Source: an uncultured Opitutales bacterium
GTDB lineage: Bacteria > Verrucomicrobiota > Verrucomicrobiia > Opitutales > Intestinicryptomonadaceae
Direction: 5' to 3'
Length of the DNA stretch: 64,000 nucleotides
Assembly (NCBI GenBank): GCA_944389315.1
Contig: CALXLX010000033.1
Coordinates: forward strand, 2,981 to 66,980
Made by a program: the position numbers and the translations under genes. The notes below the pieces were generated by a model, which was not told the DNA's origin, did not search any database, and saw nothing but the letters and a program-made list of their open reading frames with translations. Below, piece after piece: positions 46,869-56,718 of this stretch (its first letter is position 1; the number at the start of each line of letters is the position of its first letter).

Positions 46869-48042
46869 CAGCTCCATACCGCGTTCTTTTGCGCCACCGA
46901 AAGACGGGGCCTGCGATATTCTGCTGATAGCCGGAGAGCACTCTGGAGACCAGCAGGCCGCAAGAATGTTGCGCGCCCTGTCCAAGGAGGACAACACAAA
47001 GCGGGTGTGCGCATTCGGAGGCAGGGAGATGGAAGCGGCCGGGGCGCAGCTTTTGTTCGACATGACGGGATTTTCCGTAGTCGGGCTTTTCGAGGTTTTG
47101 AAGAATTACGGATTTTTCAAGGTCTTGGCGGAGAGAATCGTCGGCTGGATAGAAAAGTACAGGCCCAAAACCGTGTGTTTTGTGGATTATCCGGGCTTCA
47201 ACCTGCATCTTGCGGGCCTGTTGAAGAAGCGGGGCATAAGCATAAAAGGCGGTGGAAACGTCAGGGCGATATATTATATAAGCCCTCAAATCTGGGCGTG
47301 GAAGGCCGGCAGGCGCTTTAAAATGGCCGAGCTTCTGGACTCCCTTGCAGTGATATTTCCCTTTGAGACGGCCTGCTATGCTGACACTTCCCTAAAGGCG
47401 GAGTTTGTCGGCCACCCCTTTCTCGATCCCGGGCATGTCTCTCCCGTGGAGTACGACGCATCCTCCCCGCTGCTCTTTCTTCCCGGAAGCCGCAAGGCCG
47501 CAGTGGGAAGGATATTTCCCATAATGCTTAAGACTCTGCGCCTGCTCGGCAAAGAGAAGGCGCTAGTGCCCTACCCGAGCCAGACCATAAAGGCGGTTCT
47601 CGAGAAAATTCTCAAAAAGTTTCCGGACTTGAAATACAGGGTTAGCCTGCTGGACGATACAAGCTCCTTCCCCCTAAGGGCGAAAGCCGCCCTGATGAGC
47701 TCGGGAACCATGTCTTTAAATTGCGCCCTCGCGGGGATTCCCGCGGCGATAGTCTACAAGGCGAACATATTTACATATCTTGCGGCGCGCCCGATAGTGA
47801 GCATATCGTATCTTGGCATATCCAACATACTTTTGAACGGGTCCTCCCTGCTAGAGTACATACAGTTTGCCGCAAGGCCGGCTGTTTTGGCAAAGCGCAT
47901 GCGCTATTGCATGGACAACCCCAAAGCGCGCGCCGAAGCCCTTGCCGACGCAAATGAGCTAAAGCGCATACTTTCCGCTCCCAACAAGACAGGCGCCGCA
48001 GGCTGGCTTCTAAAAAACGCAAACGCGGCTTTGCCGAGGTAG
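46858..48042 (+). CDS. lpxB: lipid-A-disaccharide synthase
   Basis: ILLIAGEHSGDQQAARMLRAL, ..VDYPGFNLHLA.., ..YYISPQIWAWKAGR.. and ..LSGTMSLNCALAGIPAAIVYK.. Confidence 0.9.
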   Translation: MPSSSSIPRSFAPPKDGACDILLIAGEHSGDQQAARMLRALSKEDNTKRVCAFGGREMEAAGAQLLFDMTGFSVVGLFEVLKNYGFFKVLAERIVGWIEKYRPKTVCFVDYPGFNLHLAGLLKKRGISIKGGGNVRAIYYISPQIWAWKAGRRFKMAELLDSLAVIFPFETACYADTSLKAEFVGHPFLDPGHVSPVEYDASSPLLFLPGSRKAAVGRIFPIMLKTLRLLGKEKALVPYPSQTIKAVLEKILKKFPDLKYRVSLLDDTSSFPLRAKAALMSSGTMSLNCALAGIPAAIVYKANIFTYLAARPIVSISYLGISNILLNGSSLLEYIQFAARPAVLAKRMRYCMDNPKARAEALADANELKRILSAPNKTGAAGWLLKNANAALPR

Positions 48043-48051
48043 AATTTATTT

Positions 48052-48074
48052 GCCTTGCATAAGGCTATTTTCTC
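48052..48074 (+). terminator. weak candidate terminator after lpxB
   Basis: GCCTT-gcat-AAGGC followed by TATTTTCTC. The stem is only 5 bp. Confidence 0.25.
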
Positions 48075-48257
48075 GGCATGGATTTGCCAGCGGGCAGACA
48101 TGGAGTGAAGGCGCTTTTGCGGAAAACTGCGGGCATATTTGCGCGCATAGGAAAAACCGCAGCTGGTAATTGGCAACGGATAGTCCCTGCATTTGGGGAA
48201 TCGTTTCTTGCATTTCCCATATCCAAGAAAAAATGCCAGCGGCGGGCTGCCAGCTCT

Positions 48258-49475
48258 TCAGCGGGATATAATCTCCGCGGTATTTTTCAGCCAGCCGTTG
48301 TCGGCTGAGTCGAGATAGAGCCAGTCCAACCCCTCAGAGGACACTTTAACCGCGCATTCGCTCTCCGTGCCGTCCTTAAGGCGCGCAAGCACGCAATTTT
48401 TGCCCTCTTTCAAATAGACAAAATCTTTGGGCACCCGCCACAAGCCGCCAGATTTGGATACCGGCACTTCCGCCAGGGCCACCATTCCGGGCAGAAGGGT
48501 TTTTCTGAGGTTCTCCGGAGTGTCCTTGTCGAGCTTTACCCTGACTTCAAAGAACTTTTTGTGGCTCTGAAATTTGTCCTCCACGGCGAGTTTTGAAATT
48601 CCGTCTATAGTTCCCCTGAAAAGTTCGGACGGGCTAGACAGCAGCCTGAATGTCACAACCGCACCCATTTCAATATTCTTTATCAGCGCCTGCTCTATCT
48701 TGAGGGTAAGCCCCATGGTGGAGAAATCCGGCAGGCGCATAAATTCCATGCCCTGTGAGAGGAAATCGCCAACCTCGGACTGCCGCCACTTATTGTCTAT
48801 GAGTTTGTAGGGAAGAACTACCATGGAGTCGAACGGAGCGCGCAGGACGTAGTCTTCAAGATAGGTTTCGTCGCGGAATATGCGGTACTCGTGATGCCGC
48901 AACACGCCCTTGTGGCGCTTTATCCTGTCCTCGTTCATGCGCTTCGAGCCCTCGCGCTTGACGCGCGAGGCGTTGTACTGCGAGCGCGCGGAGGAATACT
49001 GCAAATCCGCCATTTGCGAGCGCATAGACTCGTAGAACTTAAGGCTTTGTATGTCCGAATAGTACAGTCCAAGCTGGTTTCTTGTTGCGGATATGTCCAC
49101 GCTCATCTCGTATTCGGACATGTCCCATTCCGCCTCGAGGTTCTCGAGGTCGAACTGGCTTGAATACATCAGTTCCTCCTTCAGCTCTATGGCGTTTAAA
49201 ACCGGACTTACGTCGAAACGCGCAATAATCTCCCCTTTCTTTACAAAGGTTCCCTCCTGCGGCAGATAGGTGAGCTGCTTTTCATACGGTGACAAGGGCG
49301 AGCGTATTCCCACATAGTAGAGAGCCTCCATGACTCCGTCCATTTTAACCGTCTCTATAAAATCTCCCTCGCGGGGTATGAAACTCGCGCACGGCCTGCT
49401 CCCCCCGCGGAGTATTAGTACCGCGGCAAAGACAACCGCAGCGCACACAGCAAGCGTTAGCGCAAATTTCTTCAT
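48258..49475 (-). CDS. HlyD/MacA-type membrane fusion protein, paralogue 3
   Basis: N-terminal anchor. Lipoyl-half motif LPQEGTFVKKGEIIARFD, a coiled-coil middle, ..VLRAPFDSMVV.., and ..LLPGMVALAEVPV.. Confidence 0.75.
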   Translation of the reverse strand: MKKFALTLAVCAAVVFAAVLILRGGSRPCASFIPREGDFIETVKMDGVMEALYYVGIRSPLSPYEKQLTYLPQEGTFVKKGEIIARFDVSPVLNAIELKEELMYSSQFDLENLEAEWDMSEYEMSVDISATRNQLGLYYSDIQSLKFYESMRSQMADLQYSSARSQYNASRVKREGSKRMNEDRIKRHKGVLRHHEYRIFRDETYLEDYVLRAPFDSMVVLPYKLIDNKWRQSEVGDFLSQGMEFMRLPDFSTMGLTLKIEQALIKNIEMGAVVTFRLLSSPSELFRGTIDGISKLAVEDKFQSHKKFFEVRVKLDKDTPENLRKTLLPGMVALAEVPVSKSGGLWRVPKDFVYLKEGKNCVLARLKDGTESECAVKVSSEGLDWLYLDSADNGWLKNTAEIISR

Positions 49476-50686
49476 TTGGCACCCCTGACAAGCTTCACCA
49501 TGCCTCCGCCCAATTCTGAGGCCGGCACATAGACAAAATTTTCGTCGGCGCGCGCGGCGCTTATGCTCCGCATGCGGCGTTCGCCGCCCGGCAGGAGAAG
49601 CTCCACACTTTTGCCGTCCCCCGAATCGGACACGTAGTCCACCGGAATGGCGTACACATTCTCAAACTCGCCCAAAATTATGCGCGCGGAAACCGTCATG
49701 CCCGGCATAAGCCCCGAAAGCCGCGGGGATTCGTCCAAGGCAATGTTTGCCTCAAAGTACCTGCGCGATTCCTCCCCCGAGATGTCGTCTGTTGGGGTTG
49801 CCGAAAAGCTCTTGACCCTGCCCGTAAACGTCTCCCCGGGAAGCGCCCGCGCACAAAACTCCACCTTCTGCCCCTGCCTGAGCATCTTTACGCCGCCCTC
49901 GCGCAGGCGCAATACCACGCATTTAGAGGAGAAATCAGGCAGACGGGCGAACTCCTGAAGCTGCACAAGGCTGTCTCCCTGCTCGGCCTTTTTGAGTATG
50001 CCGGCTATGTAGATTTGCGGATAGCTTATGACGGAATCGTACGGAGCGCGTATGTCGTAAAGGCCTATGAGATCCTCGGTCTTTTTGATATTTTTCTTGT
50101 GGCGCTCCATCTTGTCGTCCTGATACCCCTCGGCTATCTTGCGCTGCTGCGCGAGCCTGTCTTTCCGCGACTGCAAAGCCCCGAGATATCCGCGCTGGTT
50201 GTTGGCGCTTATCTGAGCCATCTTGCGCACAAGGGTTGCATGGTACTTTTTCTGGTCGACGTCCAAATCTTGGAGCGCGACTGTCTCTATCTGCATGGAC
50301 ACCGAATTTTCCGAAGTCTCCATGGTGGTGTCCCAGGCAAGGTCGAAGGCTGCCCTGTCCTCTATGAGAGTCTGGGTGCGCAGGGCCAGCTCCTCGAGGT
50401 ACAAGGCTATGTCCGAAGCGTCGAACTTGGCGACAAGCTCCCCCTTAGACACCTCCGCACCCTCCTCCTTAAGCCAGACTATCTGGCGGGAGAACCTGCT
50501 GTCCGGCGCGCGCAGCACGCTGAATTTGAAAGTGTCCACGCTGCCCTTTGCCTCCATCGCGGAAACCGCCCTTTCCAGCGGCGCGAACTCCCCGGAGGCG
50601 TATCCGCCCCCGGAGCCGGCAAGAAAGAACCTCGCCGCGAAGAATCCCGCGGCGGCGAGCAATACTGCCAGGACAAACTTACCCAT
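49472..50686 (-). CDS. HlyD/MacA-type membrane fusion protein, paralogue 2
   Basis: LKEEGAEVSKGELVAKFD, ..DIRAPYDSVIS.. and ..LMPGMTVSARIILGEFENVYAIPVDYV. It overlaps paralogue 3 by 4 nt. Confidence 0.75.
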   Translation of the reverse strand: MGKFVLAVLLAAAGFFAARFFLAGSGGGYASGEFAPLERAVSAMEAKGSVDTFKFSVLRAPDSRFSRQIVWLKEEGAEVSKGELVAKFDASDIALYLEELALRTQTLIEDRAAFDLAWDTTMETSENSVSMQIETVALQDLDVDQKKYHATLVRKMAQISANNQRGYLGALQSRKDRLAQQRKIAEGYQDDKMERHKKNIKKTEDLIGLYDIRAPYDSVISYPQIYIAGILKKAEQGDSLVQLQEFARLPDFSSKCVVLRLREGGVKMLRQGQKVEFCARALPGETFTGRVKSFSATPTDDISGEESRRYFEANIALDESPRLSGLMPGMTVSARIILGEFENVYAIPVDYVSDSGDGKSVELLLPGGERRMRSISAARADENFVYVPASELGGGMVKLVRGAK

Positions 50687-50692
50687 AAGCTC

Positions 50693-51904
50693 CTACTCGT
50701 ACCTCAAGGCGTCTATAGGGTTCATCTCCGAGGCGTTCTTCGCCGGATAATAGCCGAACACAACACCTATGAGAACCGAGAAGCAAAAAGACAAAGCAAC
50801 CGCCCCGAGAGGGACGGGCATGTCCCACCCGGTTGCAAATTTTATCACGAAGGTGAGCATCAGCCCCACAACTATTCCTATTACGCCCCCCGCGCTTGTG
50901 AGCACCACGGCCTCTGCGAGAAACTGCTGGCGTATGTCGAGCTTCGTGGCGCCCATGCCCCTGCGTATGCCTATCTCCTTAGTGCGCTCGAGCACCGAGG
51001 CGAGCATTATGTTCATTATGCCTATGCCGCCAACAATCAGGGATATGCTCGTTATCAAAAGCATGATGGAGTTGAACAAATTCTGGGTGTTTTCCGCCTG
51101 CCTCAACTGGGCTTCGGGAACCGTCATTTCAAAGTCGTCGAGGGCGCTATGCCTGCGCTTGAGTATCTTTGCGACAAACTCCGAAACCGCCCTTATGGAC
51201 GGAATGGAGTCTATGTAGAAAATCGCCCCCGAAAGCGGCGCCTCGAAGGCGGCGAGAGTCTCGGTAAGGAGGGGCTCGTTCCAGAGCAGATAGACGCCGT
51301 TGTCGTATCCCGGCTTTTCAGACAGCACGCCAACCACCCTAAAGTGCCTGTCGTTTATGCGTATGAATGAGCCCAGCGCCCTGCTCTGCTTGAACATTCT
51401 CTCCGCCGCTGAGGAGCCCAACACGCAGATCTTGGGGACATTTTCCTCGTCAGCCGCGGCAAACAGCCTGCCCGACTCCGCCGAAAGGCCGAGCATCTCA
51501 AAGAAATTTCCGTCTGTGCCCGTCACCTCCATGGCGCCGTTGAAGGATTCCGACTGCACAAAAAGCTCCTTCTTCTTAAGCGGAGAGGCGCGGGTAATTT
51601 CGCTTATGCTCGCCAAGATGAAATCCATGTCGGAGCGGCTCATGCCGTCGGAGACGTAGGCCCCCTTTTCAAACGCGTCGCGCCTGACCTGCGGCATGTC
51701 GGATACAAACACGTTGTTTATGCCCATCTCCTGTATGCCCTTTAGCGCCTTTCTCTTGGCGCCCTCGCCTATCGCCGTCATAGCTATGACCGCCGATACG
51801 CCGAATATTATGCCCAGCACAGTCAGAAAACTGCGCAACTTGTGGTCGAGCAGGCTGCGCAGGGACATGCGCAGGTACTTCAGAAATTTAACCGTTTTGA
51901 GCAT
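50693..51904 (-). CDS. ABC transporter permease, MacB/FtsX-type
   Basis: N-terminus LRSLLDHKLRSFLTVLGIIFGVSAVIAM (MacB_PCD type), a large periplasmic domain, and a C-terminal FtsX 3-helix bundle (..GIMNIMLASVLERTKEIGIRRGMGA..). Confidence 0.85.
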   Translation of the reverse strand: MLKTVKFLKYLRMSLRSLLDHKLRSFLTVLGIIFGVSAVIAMTAIGEGAKRKALKGIQEMGINNVFVSDMPQVRRDAFEKGAYVSDGMSRSDMDFILASISEITRASPLKKKELFVQSESFNGAMEVTGTDGNFFEMLGLSAESGRLFAAADEENVPKICVLGSSAAERMFKQSRALGSFIRINDRHFRVVGVLSEKPGYDNGVYLLWNEPLLTETLAAFEAPLSGAIFYIDSIPSIRAVSEFVAKILKRRHSALDDFEMTVPEAQLRQAENTQNLFNSIMLLITSISLIVGGIGIMNIMLASVLERTKEIGIRRGMGATKLDIRQQFLAEAVVLTSAGGVIGIVVGLMLTFVIKFATGWDMPVPLGAVALSFCFSVLIGVVFGYYPAKNASEMNPIDALRYE

Positions 51905-53153
51905 CGTAGGGGATAAACTCGGGTTTCAGATTCTTACGCCCGCCTTCAAGCGCCTTTCTGACCTGGGGCGTGGGCTTTACGGGAACGAGCTTGGGGGCAG
52001 ATTTCAACACGGCCTTAAAGTCGGTAAAATCCAGCAGTTCAACGTCCTCTCGCACGATGGAGCCGTCCTTGAAGGCGCAGATGTAGTAGGCGCCGCCGTC
52101 GCGCAGTATGAAATCAAGGGGGATAGTCGCGGCGTTTTCAAAGCTGTTTGTGAGTATCTCGGCGCGCGCGTTCATGCCCGGGCGCAGCTTGTCCAAGTCG
52201 CGCTCGTTTATCTTTATGTCGACATTGAATATCTTTATGTACGGATTGTTGCTCTTTATCTGAGCGAGGCGCTCTATCTTTGAGACCTCGCCCGTAAACG
52301 ACGCGTCCCTGAACGCCTCAAGCATTATGCGGCACTTCTGGCCCAGCTTTATCCTGCGTATGTCCTTCTCGTCTACCTCGACCCTGGCGACCATCTCAAA
52401 TAGGTTGGGTATGGTAAGAAACAATTGGTCCCAATATAGGCTGTCGCCTATCTGCACCTTGCGCTCCGCGCCGGATATTTTTATCTTCGGATAGACGACT
52501 ATCCCCTCAGAGGGCGCCTTCACGGTAAAGCTGTCTATGTCGGCCTTAAGCTTCTCTATGTCGCGCCTGTTCTGGTCTATCTGGTCCTGTATGTTTCTAA
52601 GCTGTATATCGCGGCGCTGCTCCTCCTGGCGTATGCGGTTCTCGGCAATCTTGACGTCGGCCGAGGCCTGGTTCAGGCGTATGAGGGCCTTCTTGCGCTC
52701 CATCTCGGGGGCGAACTCCATGGAGTCGTAGGTTATCTTCGAGATTTTCTCGTTCTCTACCTTGCTCTTGTAGGTTGCAACCCTCTCGTTGACGCTTATC
52801 TGAAAGGACATCTCCGTATCCTTGTACTTCGCGTGTAGGCCGGAATACTCCAATGTCTCGAGGCGCTCCTCCATCATGGAGGTGTCGAATGTGGCCAAAA
52901 CGTCGCCCTTCTTGACGAGGGTCCCCTCGTCGACCACCGTGACGAGCTTTCTTGGATAGCGCGTTCTGGGAGCGTTTATGTTTATGGATTTTGACGAATC
53001 CAGCACCCCGCTTGCGCGCATTACAACATCAACCTTCTCAAACTGGGGGCGCGCCGATATAAGCTCAATGCCGTCATCCGCCGCAAACATGGCAGGCGCC
53101 GCGCCCGCGCAGGCGAGAGACAAAAACAGCGATGAAAAAAACCTTCCGTTCAT
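51888..53153 (-). CDS. HlyD/MacA-type membrane fusion protein, paralogue 1
   Basis: VVDEGTLVKKGDVLATFD, ..TVKAPSEGIVV.. and ..LRPGMNARAEILTNSFENAATIPLDFI. It overlaps both neighbours. Confidence 0.75.
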   Translation of the reverse strand: MNGRFFSSLFLSLACAGAAPAMFAADDGIELISARPQFEKVDVVMRASGVLDSSKSININAPRTRYPRKLVTVVDEGTLVKKGDVLATFDTSMMEERLETLEYSGLHAKYKDTEMSFQISVNERVATYKSKVENEKISKITYDSMEFAPEMERKKALIRLNQASADVKIAENRIRQEEQRRDIQLRNIQDQIDQNRRDIEKLKADIDSFTVKAPSEGIVVYPKIKISGAERKVQIGDSLYWDQLFLTIPNLFEMVARVEVDEKDIRRIKLGQKCRIMLEAFRDASFTGEVSKIERLAQIKSNNPYIKIFNVDIKINERDLDKLRPGMNARAEILTNSFENAATIPLDFILRDGGAYYICAFKDGSIVREDVELLDFTDFKAVLKSAPKLVPVKPTPQVRKALEGGRKNLKPEFIPYDAQNG

Positions 53154-53836
53154 TCGGTAATCCTTCCGTCCTTTATGCGAACAACCCTGCGCGTCTTGTG
53201 GGCGACCTCCGGGTCGTGCGTGACTATTATCACCGTGACCCCGTTGTCGTTAAGGCGCGTGAAAAGCTCCATTATCTCCTCGCTGGTCCGGCTGTCGAGA
53301 GCGCCGGTGGGCTCGTCGGCAAGTATCAAAGAGGGGCTTGCAACAAGCGCGCGGGCTATGGCAACCCTCTGCCTCTGGCCGCCGGAAAGCTCGTTGGGCC
53401 TGTGGCGGGCGCGGTCGGCTATGCCGACAGTCTCAAGGGCGTGCATTATGACGTTTCTGTCCGCCGGCCTGTTCTGGTAAAACAGCGGAAGCGCGACATT
53501 CTCGTAGGCGGTATTGCGCGGAAGAAGATTGAAGGTCTGATAGACAAACCCTATCTCGCGCCCCCTGATGATGGATTCCTCGTCGTCGGTAAGATTTGTG
53601 ACGTCCTTGCCGTTTAGCCTGTAGACGCCCCTCGTCGGCCTGTCGAGAAAGCCTATTATGTTCATAAGCGTGCTCTTGCCCGACCCGGAAGAGCCCATTA
53701 TGGACATGTACTCGCCCTTGTATATCTTCAGATTCACATGCTTTAGGACGAGCAGTTCCTCCTTGCCGAGATAATAGGCCTTGTCGAGGTTTTCACATTC
53801 TATAAGGGGCGTTAAGTTTCCGTTGCTATCCGACAT
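53150..53836 (-). CDS. ABC transporter ATP-binding protein (MacB/LolD-type, stand-alone)
   Basis: GSSGSGKSTLMN, LSGGQRQRVAIARAL and ILADEPTGALD. Confidence 0.9.
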   Translation of the reverse strand: MSDSNGNLTPLIECENLDKAYYLGKEELLVLKHVNLKIYKGEYMSIMGSSGSGKSTLMNIIGFLDRPTRGVYRLNGKDVTNLTDDEESIIRGREIGFVYQTFNLLPRNTAYENVALPLFYQNRPADRNVIMHALETVGIADRARHRPNELSGGQRQRVAIARALVASPSLILADEPTGALDSRTSEEIMELFTRLNDNGVTVIIVTHDPEVAHKTRRVVRIKDGRITE

Positions 53837-53844
53837 CGCTCCTC

Positions 53845-55443
53845 CTATTCCTCATTATTGTCCGCAACCTTCAAAATTACGGACGGGCGGCTCTTAGCGC
53901 TTTTCCCCACGTTTAACCCCTGCGCAGCCGCCCCCATTCCAAGACCCTCGCGCGCGGATTTTGCCTTTTCCTTGTTTCTCTCCTCGGCCTCGCGCGCCTT
54001 GTTTAAAAAATACCCGCGAGACGACATTGACGCATAGCGCACGGATATCTCGTCGTTTACAGGGTAATCCGCGAGCATCTGCGCCACCTGCCTTAAGAAT
54101 GCGTACTTGCGCGATATGCTCGTCTTCATCGCCGAAAAGTAGCGGTTCTTCGTGCGTATCATGTCCCACGCGGAGATGGTGCCGGTTTTCATGCGGTCGT
54201 TTGATAGGTCGAAATCCCTGTGGGTGTAGCTTTCGCGCTCGTAGGCGACAAGATAGTCCGCATAGAGCTTCTCGAGGTTGGCCATGTCGTTTACTATCTG
54301 GTTGCGCACCGCACGCACGCTCTCGTCCAGCTGCAGCTGGCTTATGCGCCCCGTGTTGCGCTCGTTGGAAACCTCGTACATGGTTGTGAAAGTGTCCTGG
54401 AACAAATTCCACGTCAGCTGTATTCCCATGGTTATGTTGCGGGTCTTGGCGACGAGGGTATTGTAGTTGTTCTCCTCCTCCTGGTTCTCGTAAGAGGCGT
54501 AGAGCTTGACGCTGGGCAGATAGTCGTCGTACAGATACTTCAGATTCAGCTCGCTGGTCAGAAGGGAGTTCCTGAAAGTGTTTATGTCCAGGTTAGTCTC
54601 GAGCGCAGCGCGCATCATATCGTCCATATTCCAAACCATGGAGGCCGCATCGTCTATGCCCACACCGAGAAACTCCACTTCGGAATCAGGCGCAAGATTC
54701 ATGGTAAAAAACAGATCGTTCCTGGCTATCACATAGGCGTTCTCGGCGTTTATGCGCTCGCTCTCGGTGTCGTTGAAGTCGACCATATAGTCGAGCAGAT
54801 TGTACTCTGCTATGATTCCCGCCTGGTACTGCCTGCGGCTCTGGTCGCGCAGAAACTCCTCCTCTCGCGATTTCTTCCTGACTATCTCGAGAGTCTCCTT
54901 CTTCTCGAGATAGTTGTAGTACGCCTTCCTAAACGAGTTTAAAAAATTCCTCTCAACGGACATTCTGGCTATGCGCTGAAGCTCGCGCTTCTGAACGGCC
55001 AAAGTCATCTGCTGGTCTATGGCGTCGAGTTTTAGAAGCTCCTGGTCGAACCTGGCCGAGTAGCTCTCCGTGCGCTTTCCGACGGTATTTATGCTGTTCG
55101 AGTACTTTAGCGTTATGTCTGAATTTGTCGGCAGATGCTCCTTGAGAACGACGGACCCCGTAGGCTCCAAAGTGTCCAAAGACTCCGGAGAGCGGTTCTC
55201 CTGCTCTAGGCTCCTCCAGCTCAGGGGCGCGACGCTCAATGCTATGTCTGGGTAGTACTTAAATTCGACGAGCTTTACGTTGTTTATCATTATGTCGAGC
55301 CGCAGTTTTGCTATTTTTATCTGTTCGCTGCGGTCCCGGGCATATTCGTACGCGCTTTCAATATCGAAAACCTTCCCCTGGGCAAACGACAAATACGGCG
55401 CAATAAACGCCGCAATCGCGAAAAGTCTTAAAAAGGCTCCCAT
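53845..55443 (-). CDS. TolC family outer membrane channel
   Basis: Signal peptide MGAFLRLFAIAAFIAPYLSFAQG. It has a two-fold internal repeat of OEP-type helices and strands. I chose the start at 55443 over the listed 55575. Confidence 0.75.
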   Translation of the reverse strand: MGAFLRLFAIAAFIAPYLSFAQGKVFDIESAYEYARDRSEQIKIAKLRLDIMINNVKLVEFKYYPDIALSVAPLSWRSLEQENRSPESLDTLEPTGSVVLKEHLPTNSDITLKYSNSINTVGKRTESYSARFDQELLKLDAIDQQMTLAVQKRELQRIARMSVERNFLNSFRKAYYNYLEKKETLEIVRKKSREEEFLRDQSRRQYQAGIIAEYNLLDYMVDFNDTESERINAENAYVIARNDLFFTMNLAPDSEVEFLGVGIDDAASMVWNMDDMMRAALETNLDINTFRNSLLTSELNLKYLYDDYLPSVKLYASYENQEEENNYNTLVAKTRNITMGIQLTWNLFQDTFTTMYEVSNERNTGRISQLQLDESVRAVRNQIVNDMANLEKLYADYLVAYERESYTHRDFDLSNDRMKTGTISAWDMIRTKNRYFSAMKTSISRKYAFLRQVAQMLADYPVNDEISVRYASMSSRGYFLNKAREAEERNKEKAKSAREGLGMGAAAQGLNVGKSAKSRPSVILKVADNNEE

Positions 55444-55707
55444 ATGTTTTCCACCCCCGAAGAAACTTTTAAGATTGTTATATTTCCGAATCCCCCAAAG
55501 CAAGAACAAAACTAAACACGAACCAACAAAACCCCCATGTTTTAGCGGCGGCAGAGCCGGCCGGACAGAAGGCATTTTAAATTAAAACGCCAAACTCAGG
55601 CGACAGTTTCAAAATTTTAAATTGAGCGGGGCCTATTTTCTCCATGAGAGAGCCTCTGCTATAAAATATATGCGGCGGCTCTGCGGGGAAAAACGCCTTT
55701 TGCGCGC

Positions 55708-56718
55708 CTATTTTTTTACCGCATAAAGGATTTTGAATGCCGACCCCATGCCCGACGGGCTCATAAGCTCCGCAAGAGAGCGCTTGTCCGTCGATAAGGG
55801 CCCTTCGTTTCTTATTATGTCGTCCACGGCCTCAAAGCAGTTTTCAACGAAGAACTTCTCCTGGGAGACGCAGCGCGCCTCGCAGGCTCCAGTCCGCCCG
55901 GCGGCCTCTATGAAAGGCTCCTCCGGCGGGCTGAATGTCATGTCGAAATTGCCCGCGCCAAGCCTACGGTATCCTTCCAACAAATCCGCAAATTGCGAAT
56001 GTTTAAAATATCCGCGCGCCGTGCCGCGGGGAAAATCCGCAAGCTCGGCCGCAGTGCGGAAATAGTCCGCAAATATCAGCACTCCGCGCCAGGGCATGCG
56101 CATTATCCTCTCGAACAGCCCGACAGACTCAAAAGAATAGTCCAGGCAAAATCCCTCCGGATATGACTGCGCGGGGAAAAACTCTCCGAGCGCCGCAGAC
56201 TCGCCGGCGGGCAAATCCGCCTCGGTCTCCGACAAACCGCAGGGGTCTATCATGCGCTTCTTCCATGCTCCGGAGCGGTTTACAAACCTGTCGAAGGGAA
56301 GTGCGTCAGGCAGCTCGTTTGCAAATATCAATGCTCGGCCGCTTTCTATGTTTATATCGTCTCCAAGTCTGAATATGCGGGATTTTTCAAAGAGACGCTC
56401 CCCCGGCTCGTCGGCAATTTCAAAAATATCCAACCCGTCAACCCCAAAGCCTGTGAATTTTTTTGCCGCACAGCCCAAAAGGCGCGCAAGCAGCCCCGGG
56501 TTCAGGCTCTGCGACGTGAAGAAATCCGCCCCTTCGCGGCCAACCCTTTTTGCGTCTTTTACATAATATCCGTAAGGGACAGAATACAGGCACTCCCGCA
56601 CAAAACCGCTCCAAGATACAAGCCCTCCGCACGAGTCTGCAATGGCGCGGATATTCTCCGCAATCTTCGCGCTTGCGGTATTTGGAAAAGATTCTCTGTG
56701 CTTTTTACACTCTTTCAA
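55708..56718 (-). CDS. MidA/NDUFAF7-like class I SAM-dependent methyltransferase (COG1565)
   Basis: ..VSWSGFVRECLYSVPYGYYVKD...GADFFTSQSLNPGLLARLL.. matches the DUF185/MidA N-terminal pattern. Its start overlaps the recF 3' end by 14 nt. Confidence 0.6.
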   Translation of the reverse strand: MKECKKHRESFPNTASAKIAENIRAIADSCGGLVSWSGFVRECLYSVPYGYYVKDAKRVGREGADFFTSQSLNPGLLARLLGCAAKKFTGFGVDGLDIFEIADEPGERLFEKSRIFRLGDDINIESGRALIFANELPDALPFDRFVNRSGAWKKRMIDPCGLSETEADLPAGESAALGEFFPAQSYPEGFCLDYSFESVGLFERIMRMPWRGVLIFADYFRTAAELADFPRGTARGYFKHSQFADLLEGYRRLGAGNFDMTFSPPEEPFIEAAGRTGACEARCVSQEKFFVENCFEAVDDIIRNEGPLSTDKRSLAELMSPSGMGSAFKILYAVKK

